64,000 nucleotides of DNA from Macrostomum lignano (taxonomy: Eukaryota). The position numbers and the translations under genes are program-made. The stretch lies in contig NIVC01000573.1 of the NCBI GenBank assembly GCA_002269645.1, positions 62,001 to 126,000 of the forward strand, given 5' to 3'. How positions within the stretch are numbered: the first letter of the stretch is position 1; every line of letters starts with the position of its first letter. The notes below the pieces were generated by a model. It ran no database searches. It had not been told where the DNA came from and saw only the letters and a program-made list of their open reading frames with translations. Below, piece by piece: positions 1 to 13,412 of this stretch.

Positions 1-518
<518 letters not shown>

Positions 519-520
519 CC

Positions 521-3077
521 TCAATCTTCTTCCCGCATGGCGACAGAGTTGCGGTCCGGCTCCGCGGCAACCCTGCTGCTGCGGCCGCCAAGATGGCAAG
601 CGGCGGCCAGTCGCCGCAGAGCCTCCTGGTAGCCCCTGAGGAACTCCCGGTTGGTCAGGCCGTACACCAGGAAGTTGACGGAGGAGTTGGAGTGCGCCAA
701 GAAGGTGCTGTATGCGTGCAGGTGTATCGGCAGGTGGTTGTTGTGGTCGAAGACAACCAGCACGGTGAACGGAGTCCAGCAGATGACGAGCACGGCGAAC
801 ACGAGAAAGAGGGTCTTGGCCAGCCTGAAGGAGCTGAAGCTCTGCTGCTGCTGCTGCTGCTGCAGTTTCTGGACATTCTTGGTAACCTGGCGGATGCGCA
901 GGAAGATCAGGGTGTAGCAGATGACGATGACGCAACACGGGAGGCCAACGGCAACGAAGCCGAAGAAGATGGTGTAGGACCTGGAGGCCAGGCGGTCCCA
1001 CAGGCAGGTGATGTTCTTCCAGTCGTAGGCGTGGCCGCCCCAGCCCAGAAAGTTGGGCATCTCCAGCAGGAAGCTGACGATCCACAGGGCCGCGCAGGTG
1101 GCCAGGGTGGAGCGGCGGGTGAAGACTGAGCGGTAGCGGGCGGGGTGGCAGATGTGGATGTACCGGTTGATGGCGATGGCGCCCAGGCTCAGCAGGGAGC
1201 AGTAGCAGGCGGTGAGGCACAGCGAGGCCACGAAGATGCACAGGACCGGCCGCTGCATGTAGTAGATCTGGCCGTGGAAGATGCCTGGGTGCATGGGGAA
1301 CAGCAGGCCCGTGGAGTTTTGAGGCAACAGTTTGCAGGGGGGGGGGCTCAATGAGGAGGAAAATCAATACTTTATCTACCGAAGCGGCAACTCACTGACA
1401 ATGCCAAACGGCTCGATAATCAGAGTCATGAGGAGGTCAGAGACGGCCAGATTCACCACGAAGAAGTTGTTGAGCTGGTGCAGCGACTGACAAATGGATT
1501 TGCGGGATTAACGTATTTACGCAGCACCTATAGTTCTCAGGTGTCTTCGATTTAACGACTAAATCCGAAATACTTAATGGACTAGCTTGTCTGGCCCTAA
1601 AGTGCACAGTGTAAGTCCACACAAGCTTCCTATGAAATAGCTCGTATTTTAGTGCCGTGGACTAGCACAGCTGCCCCTCTTTTGTGGTCCCGAACAGGCT
1701 AAATTGATTAATAATGGCTTATAGATTAATCCAAGAGTTCAAGTGAAAAGTAATTTACAACTCACTGGGCGCAGCACAACTGCCAGAATGACCAGCGAGT
1801 TGCCGATCCCGCCGAAAACAGAGCCAAGAAACAGGATCACCAGGCCCGGGTAGGTGACCTCTGCGGGTTGCCGGGGCGGGACGAGATCAAGATATAATCT
1901 CCTCTCTCTTCTCTCCCCATCTCCTCTCTCTTCTCTCCCCATCTCCTCTCTCTTCTCTCCCCATCTCCTCTCTCTTCTCTCCCCATCTCCTCTCTCTTCT
2001 CTCCCCATCTCCTCTCTCTTCTCTCCCCATCTCCTCTCTCTTCTCTCCCCATCTCCTCTCTCTTCTCTCCCCATCTCCTCTCTCTTCTCTCCCCATCTCC
2101 TCTCTCTTCTCTCCCCATCTCCTCTCTCTTCTCTCCCCATCTCCTCTCTCTTCTCTCCCCATCTCCTCTCTCTTCTCTCCCCATCTCCTCTCTCTTCTCT
2201 CCCCATCTCCTCTCTCTTCTCTCCCCATCTCCTCTCTCTTCTCTCCCCATCTCCTCTCTCTTCTCTCCCCATCTCCTCTCTCTTCTCTCCTCATTTCCCC
2301 TCTCTTCTCTCCCCATCTCCTCTCTCTTCTCTCCCCATCTCCTCTCTCTTCTCTCCCCATCTCCTCTCTCTTCTCTCCTCATTTCCCCTCTCTTCTCTCC
2401 CCTATCTCCTCTCTCTCTTCTCTCCTCATCTCCCCTCTCTTCTCTCTCCATCTCCTCTCTCTTCTCACTCTTCATCTCTTCTCTCTTCTCTCTCCCCATC
2501 TCCTCTCTCTTCTCTCCCCATCTCCTCTCTCTTCTCTCCCCATCTCCTCTCTCTTCTCTCCTCATTTCCCCTCTCTTCTCTCCCCATCTCCTCTCTCTCT
2601 TCTCCCCCATCTCCTCTCTCTTCTCTCCCCATCTCCTCTCTCTTCTCTCCTCATTTCCCCTCTCTTCTCTCCCCTATCTCCTCTCTCTTCTCTCCCCATC
2701 TCCTCTCTCTTCTCTCCTCATTTCCCCTCTCTTCTCTCCCCTATCTCCTCTCTCTCTTCTCTCCTCATCTCCCCTCTCTTCTCTCTCCATCTCCTCTCTC
2801 TTCTCACTCTTCATCTCTTCTCTCTTCTCTCTCCCCATCTCCTCTCTCTTCTCTCTCCATCTGCTCTCTCTTCTCTCCTCATCTCCCCTCTCTTCTCTCT
2901 CCATCTCCTCTCTCTTCTCACTCTTCATCTCTTCTCTCTTCTCTCTCCCCATCTCCTCTCTCTTCTCTCTCCATCTCCCCTCTCTTCTCTCTCCATCTCC
3001 TCTCTCTTCTCACTCTTCATCTCTTCTCTCTTCTCTCTCCCCATCTCCTCTCTCGTCTCTATCTCCCCATCTCTTCT

Positions 3078-3121
<44 letters not shown>

Positions 3122-3279
3122 TCCTCTCTTCATTTCTTCTCTCTTCTCCCTCTTTCTCCCCCATCTTTTTGCCTCAGCTCAAAGTACTGCCAGGCGCAAC
3201 CCAAAGACTCACCGGGCACAACATGCAGCATGCTGCCGGTGGTGAGGTTGTAGGGCACCGTTAGGCCAGAGATGTCCAT
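521..3279 (-). CDS. Class A (rhodopsin-family) GPCR, melatonin-receptor-like, 4 exons, about 338 aa
   Basis: Exons 3279-3213 (MDISGLTVPYNLT..), 1860-1766 (TM1, GGIGNSLVILAV), 1486-1396 (TM2, NFFVVNLAVSDLL) and 1284-521 (AINRYIHICHP, CWTPF, NSSVNFLVYGL). All introns are GT-AG with matching phases 1, 0, 1. NRY replaces DRY, as in melatonin receptors. Confidence 0.85.
1899..3165. repeat. CT-rich 22-bp minisatellite (CTCCTCTCTCTTCTCTCCCCAT) in GPCR intron 1
   Basis: 22-nt period that degenerates toward 3165. It is the source of the spurious SLLSP/EERR ORFs. Confidence 0.95.
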
Positions 3280-3539
3280 CGATCGTTTTTATGTTTTGTG
3301 CTCTTCAAATGTTATTTCTATGCTTCGAGACGGATGGATTTTTTGAGTAGCGGCTCTGGACGAGCCAATTATTTATAGGCTTTGAAGCACTGGCCACATT
3401 CGAATGAAGGACATGGAGAACCCGATTTGTGCCCGATCGCGAAAAATATCCTTATTGGCTGATGGCCGGTGCTGCAGCTGAAGCTCTAAATTGCAGGGTA
3501 GTGGCACAGGATGCCCCATCTTTAATGTATGGTAATGGG

Positions 3540-3727
<188 letters not shown>

Positions 3728-4245
3728 ACTCGCTCGTGCGTCATCTGAAATTATTCAGTATCAGATGTAGTTGAATCCCGCCCTCACAAATGACAAAACC
3801 TTCTAAACTGGAAGCAGACTTTTAAGGCGGCCTGCACTCGCCCTCTCTACAATGCCGTCATCAAGCACTTGTGGCTTTTTGTACCACCCTTTGATAACAC
3901 TGCAATATCCTGATTCCCCAACCTATCCCAAATCCTATTCTTAATAATCTTAGCTGCTAGTGGAAGAACGCGTGACACCGAAGGCCTCGCCAACACCGAA
4001 GAGCTGAAGCGTACAAGCCAAGATTGCTGCACAGCTGCATCGGTTAATGAAGATGCTTTGAAGTGGCAATCAGTGCAGCAGGTACCAGCCATATAGCTGT
4101 CGAGATGCTGTGCAGTTTGCAGTTCACCGATGATGTAATTATAATTGCCCGAGGCTGCGACATGATTCAAGCTACATATTACATGCATGTCTACTACATA
4201 TGTCTATATTCGTAAATAATTTACGAATCATGTCGTAAATTATCT

Positions 4246-4383
4246 CAGGACAGGCTATTAAATCAGGACAGGCTATTAAATCAGGACAGGCTATTAAATC
4301 AGGACAGGCTATTATATCAGGACAGGCTATTATATCAGGACAGGCTATTAAATCAGGACAGGCTATTATATCAGGACAGGCTA
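4246..4383. repeat. 18-bp tandem repeat TCAGGACAGGCTATTA(A/T)A
   Basis: About 7 copies. Confidence 0.9.
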
Positions 4384-4547
4384 GGCTGATGCCCTCTCAG
4401 TCAACTTTGCATGCTGCATCATGGAAATGAAGAAGAAAAACTAAGAATTTTTTACACATTTAATAGCATTGAGGGCCGCAGTCAACACTTGGACACGTTA
4501 AAATCTCCTTTTTTCGAATCCCCTAGTGAGAAATCACCCAAGAGAAA

Positions 4548-4692
4548 TTATCCCGTGAGAAATCACTCGTGAGAAGCCATCATCCGTGAGAAATCACTCG
4601 TGAGAAGCCATCATCCATGAGAAATCGCCCGTGAGAAGCCATCATCCGTGAGAAATCACCCGTGAGAAGCCATCATCCGTGAGAAATCACCT
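4548..4692. repeat. About 31-bp tandem repeat GTGAGAAATCACTCGTGAGAAGCCATCATCC
   Basis: About 4 copies. Confidence 0.85.
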
Positions 4693-5309
4693 CGATCACC
4701 CTGTGACAGCGCCCCATATAAAAACACGCAGAAGCTTATTGCACAGCAGAATCAACACCTAGGTGGACTTGTAAATTTATTAAATTATCAGTAAATTGAA
4801 TTATTCTGACTTTGCAGCAGCAGAGGAATTAAGTACGAGCTGTATAGGATTACACATTAGATAGAAAGCTTCAAGTTTCTTTGGTAGTACATGTAATGTC
4901 TTCAAAAGAGCAACTTGTACTTGCGCGTGGCAATATTTTTTCAAAACGAGTTTACAAATACGCAATAATGCAAAAAGATAGCAAATCGAAAGTTATAGTT
5001 AAACAAAATTTACTCAGGCCAGAAAGTCTTGTTTAAATTGGGTTTTCAAATTAAATTGTTTAAAAAATTAGATACTGGACTAGCAATCTAGTGCGGCCCC
5101 CCTTCGGGGCGCCCAATAAGAAAGGAGCAAAAATAGTTCATGGAAAACAATAAAAAAACACATTTTCTTAAACACTAATTCCTTCTTCACATTTTAAAAA
5201 TCACCTTATTCGTGTAAAATTGTCACGGACTAAGATGTTTGCAAAATTAAAAAATCACTTTTTCTCTAAAATTAACAAACAGTCAACAAAATATCGTTTC
5301 ACTAAATAG

Positions 5310-5775
5310 AAAATATTCCCAAGACAGCAAGCAACCCCCTCCAAAAGTGAACAATCGCAGATAGCAAGCATCCTCTAATGCTCATAGCAAGAATCACCAC
5401 AGATAGCAAGCATCTGCAGATTAGCAAGCACCCCCCAGATATTATAGAAGCATCCACCCAGAAAGCAAGCATCCACTCAGATAGCAAGCATTCTGCAGAT
5501 ATCAAGCACCCCCAGATATTATAGAAGCATCCTGCAGATAGCAAGCATCCTGCAGATAGCAAGAATCCCTAAATAGCAAGCATCCTGCAGATAGCAAGCA
5601 CCCCCCAGATATTATAGAAGCATCCACCCAGATAGCAAGCATCCTGCAGATAGCAAGAATCCCTGAATAGCAAGCATCCCTGGATAGAAAGAATCCCATG
5701 CATGTAGCCAGTACCCCCTCTCCCAAATAGCAAGTATCCCCCCTCGAGAGCAAGCATCCACGAGACAGCAAGTAG
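5310..5775. repeat. Degenerate tandem repeat with core GATAGCAAGCATCC
   Basis: Recurrent core with variable spacing. Confidence 0.8.
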
Positions 5776-5894
5776 CTAGTGCAAATGTTACTTCCGCTAA
5801 TGCAATAATCGCTTTCTCAGGTTGTGCAACAATCCACGTCTCAGCGAGCGCAATAATCTCTTTTTTAGACAGCGCAGTAATCAGCTTCTCAGCT

Positions 5895-8420
5895 AGCGCA
5901 ATAATCCTTGGTTTATTAATAGCAATAATCCTTGATTAATCAAGTGCAATAATCCTTGGTTTATCAAGTGCAATAATCCTTGGTTTATCAAGTGCAGTAA
6001 TCTTTGGCTTATCAAGTGCAATAATCCTTGGTTTATCAAGTGCAATAATCCTTTGTTTATCAAGTGCAATAATCCTTGGTTTATCAAGTGCAATAATCCT
6101 TGGTTTATTAAGTGCAATAATCCTTGGTTTATCAAGTGCAATAATCCTTGGTTTATCTAGCGCAGTAATCCTTGGCTTATCAGGTGCAATAATCCTTGGT
6201 TTATCAAGTGCAATATTTGTTTATCAAGTGCAATAATCCTTGGTTTATCAAGTGAAATAATCATTGGTTTATCAAGTGCAATAATCCTTGGCTTATCAAC
6301 TGCAATAATCCTTGGTTTATCAAGCGCAGTAATCTTTGGCCTATCAAGTGCAATAATCCTTGGTTTATCAAGTGCAGTAATCCTTGGCCTATCAAGTGCA
6401 ATAATCCTTGGTTTATCAAGTGCAATAATCCTTGGTTTATCAAGTGCAATAATCCTTGGCTTATCAACTGCAATAATCCTTGGTTTATCAAGTGCAATAG
6501 TCCTTGGTTTATCAAGCGCAGTAATCCTTGGCCTATCAAGTGCAATAATCCTTGGCTTATCAAGTGCAATAATCCTTGGTTTATCAAGTGCAATAATCCT
6601 TGGTTTATCAAGTGCAGTAATCCTTGGCCTATCAAGTGCAATAATCCTTGGTTTGCCAAGAGCAATAATCCTTAGTTTATCGAGTGCAGTAATCCTTAGT
6701 TTTCCAAGTGCAGTAATCCTTGGTTTATTAAGAGCAATAATCCTTGGCTTATCGAGTGCAGTAATCCTTGGTTTGCCAAGAGCAATAATCCTTGGTTTAT
6801 CAAGTGCAATAATCCTTGGTTTATCAGATGCAATAATCCTTGGCTTATCAACTGCAATAATCCTTGGTTTATCAAGTGCAATAATCCTTGGTTTATCAAG
6901 CGCAGTAATCTTTGGCCTATCAAGTGCAATAATCCTTGGCTTATCAAGTGCAATAATCCTTGGTTTATCAAGCGCAGTAATCTTTGGCCTATCAAGTGCA
7001 ATAATCCTTGGTTTATCAAGTGCAGTAATCCTTGGCCTATCAAGCGCAATAATCCTTGGTTTATCAAGTGCAATAGTCTTTGGTTTATCGAGTGCAGTAA
7101 TCCTTAGTTTTCCAAGTGCAGTAATCCTTGGTTTATTAAGAGCAATAATCCTTGGTTTATCGAGTGCAGTAGTCCTTGGTTTATTAATATCAATAATCCT
7201 TGAATAATCCAGTGCATTAATCCTTGGCTTATCAAGTGCAACATTCTTTACTATCAAGTGCAATAATCCATGGCTTATCAAGTGCAATAATCCTTGGCTT
7301 ATCAAGTGCAATAATCCTTGGTTTATCAAGTGCAATAATCCTTTGTTTTTCAAGTGCAATAATCCTTGGTTTATCAAGTGCAGTAATCCTTGGCCTATCA
7401 AGTGCAATAATCCTTGGTTTATCAAGTGCAATAGTCTTTGGTTTATCGAGTGCAGTAATCCTTAGTTTTCCAAGTGCAGTAATCCTTGGTTTATTAAGAG
7501 CAATAATCCTTGGTTTATCGAGTGCAGTAGTCCTTGGTTTATTAATATCAATAATCCTTGAATAATCCAGTGCATTAATCCTTGGCTTATCAAGTGCAAC
7601 ATTCTTTACTATCAAGTGCAATAATCCATGGCTTATCAAGTGCAATAATCCTTGGCTTATCAAGTGCAATAATCCTTGGTTTATCAAGTGCAATAATCCT
7701 TTGTTTATCAAGTGCAATAATCCTTTGTTTATCAAGTGCAATAATCCTTTGTTTATCAAGTGCAATAATCCTTGGTTTATCAAGCGCAGTAATCCTTGGC
7801 TTATCAAGTGCAATAATCCTTGGTTTATCAAGTGCAATAATCCTTTGTTTATCAAGTGCAATAATCCTTGGTTTATCAAGCGCAGTAATCTTTGGCCTAT
7901 CAAGTGCAATAGTCCTTGGTTTATTGAGTGCAGTAATCCTTGGTTTTCCAAGTGCAATAATCCTTGGCTTCTTGAGTGCAGTAATCCTTGGTTTGCCAAG
8001 AGCAATAGTCCTTGGTTTATCGAGTGCAGTAATCCTTGGTTTTCCAAGTGCAGTAATCCTTGGTTTATTAATAGCAATAATCCTTGGCTTCTTGAGTGCA
8101 GTAATCCTTGGTTTGCCAAGAGCAATAGTCCTTGGTTTATCGAGTGCATTAATCCTTGGTTTTCCAAGTGCAATAATTCTTGGCTTCTTGAGTGCAGTAA
8201 TCCTTGGTTTGCCAAGAGCAATAGTCCTTGGTTTATCGAGTGCAGTAATCCTTGGTTTTCCAAGTGCCGTAATCCTTGGTTTATTAATAGCAATAATCCT
8301 TGATTAATCAAGTGCAGTAATTTTTGGTTTGCCAAGAGCAATAGTCCTTGGTTTATCGAGTGCAGTAGTCCTTGGTTTATTAATAGCAATAATCCTTGGC
8401 TTATCGAGTGCAGTAATCTA
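5895..8420. repeat. 24-bp minisatellite TGCAATAATCCTTGGTTTATCAAG
   Basis: About 100 copies. It produces the 8-aa periodic ORFs LDKPRIIA, SAIILGLS and LHLINQGL. Confidence 0.95.
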
Positions 8421-8484
8421 AGTGTTTTTATTTAGTCCTTTAATAAAACCTTTTAATAAAAAATTTTACACTACTACTTTTAAA

Positions 8485-8547
8485 CTACTTAGATTCGAAC
8501 CTAGGTCGCTGCATTAGCAGTCTGGTCTGTTCAGCTCTAGGCTAGCT
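8485..8547 (-). mobile_element. tRNA-derived SINE head / tRNA pseudogene
   Basis: Minus strand reads AGCTAGCCTAGAGCTG...GGTTCGAATCT (A-box-like and B-box). No complete cloverleaf. Confidence 0.5.
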
Positions 8548-9384
8548 CTCATGGAAGTTATCAGTGATGTTGTACCACTTATATAATTCAACACTCACAC
8601 CAAGTCAGGTAGAGTAAAAAGTCTCACGAAGCAGTTATGACATAATCAATTTCTTAGGCAAGTCAGTACCAGTGTCTATGAAAGTTTACAATATGGTTAT
8701 GTAATATAAATTCAGTACTGCGCTATGCTTTCACACTCAAAGCTGTGACGCAATTCAATTGAGTGTCAAATTCAGCCAGTACACAGACGATAAATAAAGT
8801 GTATTGTGATGCAATCTATTTCAGAATCAGAATTCAACCAGTCAGTTTTTCTGCTAGCATTCTTACGATGCATTTCAAGTCGAAAGAGCTGCTTGACCTT
8901 TGCAAAAAAGCATGTTTTTCGAATATTTAATCCCTTTAGCATCAAGCAATTTCTTAGCCACGATGCATGTACTGTCACGGGAAAATTTCTGATCGAACAG
9001 TGCAAGTTCGAAGAAAATCGGTTGAGCCGTTTTTGCTAAAATCGATCACACACACACACATACACACACACACATACCGACAGACCATTTTTAGTATATT
9101 GGAAATGGGTTCAAAAATAGTTTTTTAGCTTTTTGATAAGAAAAAATAAACAGACTTTAGAAAAATTTTTGATTTTAATATTGACACATGTGGCCAGCGG
9201 CAGAAATGTGTGCAACAGCTGCAGATCAGTAGCTACGATGTTACTAAGGAATAATTTGTACCTCATATTTGCAGACTGTTTGAGAATTAAAATTGATAAA
9301 TAAGTTCCATTTGCTTCTGTTGTGCTGTTACTGAGAGCCCCGTTATTCAATTTGATCACAGGTTGCAACCGAGAAAAATCTCAC

Positions 9385-11030
9385 ACTACTCCAGCTGATC
9401 CGAAGTTACTCCAGCTGATCCGAAGTTACTCCAGCTGTTACTCCAAGTCACTGATCCTAAGTCACTGATCCCAAGCTACTGATCCCAAGTCACTGATCCT
9501 AAGTCACTGATCCAAGTCACTGATCCCAAGTCACTGATCCCAAGCTACTGATCCCCAGTCACTGATCCTAAGTCACTGATCCCAAGCTACTGATCCCCAG
9601 TCACTGATCCCAAGCTACTGATCCCAAGCTACTGATCCCAAGCTACTGATCCCAAGCTACTGATCCCAAGCTACTGATCCCAAGCTACTGATCCCAAGCT
9701 ACTGATCCCAAGCTACTGATCCCCAGTCACTGATCCCAAGTCACTGATCCCAAGCTACTGATCCTAAGTCACTGATCCAAGCTACTGATCCCCAGTCACT
9801 GATCCCAAGTCACTGATCCCAAGCTACTGATCCCAAGCTACTGATCCCAAGCTACTGATCCCAAGTCACTGATCCCAAGCTACTGATCCCAAGCTACTGA
9901 TCCCAAGCTACTGATCCCAAGCTACTGATCCCAAGTCACTGATCCCAAGTCACTGATCCCAAGCTACTGATCCCAAGTCACTGATCCCAAGCTACTGATC
10001 CCAAGCTACTGATCCTAAGTCACTGATCCCAAGCTACTGATCCCCAGTCACTGATCCTAAGTCACTGATCCCAAGCTACTGATCCCAAGCTACTGATCCC
10101 AAGCTACTGATCCCAAGCTACTGATCCCAAGCTACTGATCCCAAGTCACTGATCCCAAGCTACTGATCCCAAGCTACTGATCCCAAGTCACTGATCCCAA
10201 GCTACTGATCCCAAGTCACTGATCCCAAGTCACTGATCCCAAGTCACTGATCCCAAGTCACTGATCCCAAGCTACTGATCCCAAGTCACTGATCCCAAGT
10301 CACTGATCCCAAGTCACTGATCCCAAGTCACTGATCCCAAGCTACTGATCCCAAGTCACTGATCCCAAGTCACTGATCCCAAGCTACTGATCCCAAGCTA
10401 CTGATCCCAAGTCACTGATCCCAAGCTACTGATCCCAAGTCAGTGATCCCAAGTCACTGATCCCAAGTCACTGATCCCAAGTCACTGATCCCAAGCTACT
10501 GATCCCAAGTCACTGATCCCAAGCTACTGATCCCAAGTCACTGATCCCAAGCTACTGATCCCAAGCTACTGATCCCAAGTCACTGATCCCAAGCTACTGA
10601 TCCCAAGTCACTGATTTCAAGTCACTGATCTCAAGTCACTGATCTCAAGTCACTGATCCCAAGTCACTGATCCCAAGTCACTGATCCCAAGCTACTGATC
10701 CCAAGTCACTGATCCCAAGTCACTGATCCCAAGCTACTGATCCCAAGTCACTGATCCCAAGTCACTGATCCCAAGCTACTGATCCCAAGTCACTGATCCC
10801 AAGTCACTGATCCCAAGCTACTGATCCCAAGTCACTGATCCCAAGTCACTGATCCCAAGTCACTGATCCCAAGTCTGATCCCAAGCTACTGATCCCAAGT
10901 CACTGATCCCAAGTCACTGATCCCAAGCTACTGATCCCAAGCTACTGATCCCAAGTCACTGATCCCAAGCTACTGATCCCAAGCTACTGATCCCAAGTCA
11001 CTGATCCCAAGTCACTGATCCCAAGTCACT
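9385..11030. repeat. 14-bp minisatellite TGATCCCAAG(CTA/TCA)C
   Basis: More than 110 copies with two interspersed variants. It begins just downstream of the LamG ORF stop codon. Confidence 0.95.
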
Positions 11031-11038
11031 TCAGGGGA

Positions 11039-11943
11039 TCAGCCAATCAGGTTGAAGAACTCGCGAATCTCTTCCTCAGTCATGTTAGAGTTGGCGAAGG
11101 CGATGGTCCTGAAGGTACCCATGAATTTTGGATTGGTGGAGTGGTCGAGCCGCATGCCCAGGTAGAGGCAGAGGCCCTGGTTGTCCACCCAGGCGGCATC
11201 GGAGTCGGGAGACTCCGTCAGGCTGGAGCGCGGCACAAACGAGTCGTTCACGAACAGGTTGAATTCGCTTCCAGAGACGGTGAATCCGATGTTGAGCCAG
11301 AAGCTCGAACTGGGTGACAGTGCCTGGTCGGAGTAGACGAAGGGCAGCTGGGCCCCGGTGATCCTGTTGGCCCTGGCGTACAGCCTCATGGGGAGGAGAT
11401 TTCCCACAGGTGGACGCCGTGCCCGCTAATCTGGTTCATGTCGCTGCAGTTCGCGAACTCAAAGAACGGCTGGTCACGCGGCTGCCGTTTGAACCTCAAG
11501 AGCCAGGTGAGGCCGGAGGCGAAGCTCAGGCTCGACTTGTTGAGAACGGCGTAGGCGGTGGTGCCGTCGAACACGGCGCCATCAGACGTCCACTGGACGT
11601 TCACCGGGTGCAGGCGGTTCGTGTCCTCGTCAGCCTGGCACAGCTGGTTATCCAGCCTGTACGTGTCGTCAGCAAGCCAGACATCCGTCAGCTTAGCATT
11701 GTAGGCTCGGTAGCCCCTGGGATAGCGATAGTACACCTCGCAGTCAGCAGTCTGGCCGGGACTCAGGTGGTGCCGAACTGAGCAATACTTTCCCACCGAG
11801 CAGGTCCTGGCGAGTCGGTGGAACTGGGCCACTAAGAAGTCCGTCGGCACGGAGTTCTGCTCCGCCTTGTAGGCGCACTCGGCCATCGAGCTGGTCGGCT
11901 CGCTTGACATGGCGGCGGCAGAGATTTCCGGTGCGCACTGCAC
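11039..11943 (-). CDS. Probable secreted protein with Cys-containing N-terminal region and LamG/concanavalin-A-like domain, interrupted by a 1-nt frameshift; 5' end not defined
   Basis: ORFs 11386-11943 and 11039-11407 overlap. Adding one C to the C4 run (11390-11393) gives a continuous DGAVFDGTTAYAVL..TWLLRFK..HGVHLWEISSPMRLYAR..WLNIGFTV..LFVND..LYLGMR..FMGT, a LamG-like motif order. The frame stays open upstream through a hydrophobic FVFCLCHLAAAAG stretch. Confidence 0.6.
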
Positions 11944-12087
11944 ATCCGCCCGGCTCCACAGGTTCTCAGGCGGCCCAGCGGCTGCCGCGAGATGGCAGAG
12001 ACAAAAGACGAAATGTTCTAAAAGGTTGCGCCATGAATTTGGCTTGAGCTGTTTGACCTGTCTTCTTTTGTCGGGGACATTTCTATC

Positions 12088-13412
12088 TAACCAGTGACTT
12101 CCCTGTTTGACCAGTGACCTCCCTGTCTAACCAGTGATTACCCTATCAACCAGTGACCTCCCTGTCTAACCAGTGATTACCCTATCAACCAGTGACCTCC
12201 CTGTCTAACCAGTGACCTCCCTGTCTAACCAGTGACTATCCTATCTAACCAGTGACTTCCCTGTTTGACCAGTGACCTCCCTGTCTAACCAGTGATTACC
12301 CTATCAACCAGTGACCTCCCTGTCTAACCAGTGATTACCCTATCAACCAGTGACCTCCCTGTCTAACCAGTGACCTCCCTGTCTAACCAGTGACTATCCT
12401 ATCTAACCAGTGACTTCCCTGTTTGACCAGTGACCTCCCTGTCTAACCAGTGATTACCCTATCAACCAGTGACCTCCCTGTCTAACCAGTGATTACCCTA
12501 TCAACCAGTGACCTCCCTGTCTAACCAGTGACCTCCCTGTCTAACCAGTGACCTCCCTGTCTAACCAGTGACCTCCCTGTCTAACCAGTGACTATCCTAT
12601 CTAACCAGTGACTTCCCTGTTTGACCAGTGACCTCCCTGTCTAACCAGTGATTACCCTATCAACCAGTGACCTCCCTGTCTAACCAGTGATTACCCTATC
12701 AACCAGTGACCTCCCTGTCTAACCAGTGACCTCCCTGTCTAACCAGTGACTATCCTATCTAACCAGTGACTTCCCTGTTTGACCAGTGACCTCCCTGTCT
12801 AACCAGTGACTTTCTTGTCTAACCAGTGACCTCCCTATCTAACCAGTGACTTCCTTGTCTGACCAGTGACATCCCTATCTAACCAGTGACTTCCTTGTCT
12901 GACCAGTGACATCCCTATCTAACCAGTGACTTCCTTGTCTAACCAGTGACATCCCTATCTAACCAGTGACTTCCTTGTCTGACCAGTGACATCCCTATCT
13001 AACCAGTGACTTCCTTGTCTGACCAGTGACCTCCCTGTCTAACCAGTGACTTCCTTGTCTAACCAGTGACTTCCTTGTCTAACAAGTGAATCCCTTGTCT
13101 AACCAGTGACTTATTTTTTGACTAGTGGCCTCCCTATCAACCAGTGACCTCCCTATCAACCAGTGACCTCCCTATCAACCAGTGACCTCCCTATCAACCA
13201 GTGACCTCCCTATCAACCAGTGACCTCCCTATCAACCAGTGACCTCCCTATCAACCAGTGACCTCCCTATCAACCAGTGACCTCCCTATCAACCAGTGAC
13301 CTCCCTATCAACCAGTGACCTCCCTATCAACCAGTGACCTCCCTATCAACCAGTGACCTCCCTATCAACCAGTGACCTCCCTATCAACCAGTGACTTCCC
13401 TATCAACCAGTG
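12088..13412. repeat. 19/20-bp minisatellite AACCAGTGACCTCCCT(G)TC(T)
   Basis: Direct reading. It has higher-order blocks and a homogeneous 19-bp tail. Confidence 0.95.

Noticed and set aside
1285-1351. ORF-track start MSPPPCKLL for the GPCR
   Set aside because: This is intronic read-through from a TTG. The phase-compatible acceptor is cccag|GC at 1285/1284 and the real ATG is at 3279.
1739-3245. Ser/Leu/Pro-rich and Glu/Arg-rich ORFs
   Set aside because: Products of the CT-rich array inside GPCR intron 1.
5893-8389. Long Leu/Ile-rich ORFs (LDKPRIIA, LHLINQGL) resembling LRR or membrane proteins
   Set aside because: They are translations of a 24-bp array that is open in several frames on both strands, with no unique domain or splice context.
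8485-8547. Possible functional tRNA genes here and at 31585, 39340-39405, 40830-40902 and 41281-41345
   Set aside because: Pol III boxes are present but the acceptor and anticodon stems do not pair. Two are attached to a shared SINE body, so they were treated as SINE heads or pseudogenes.
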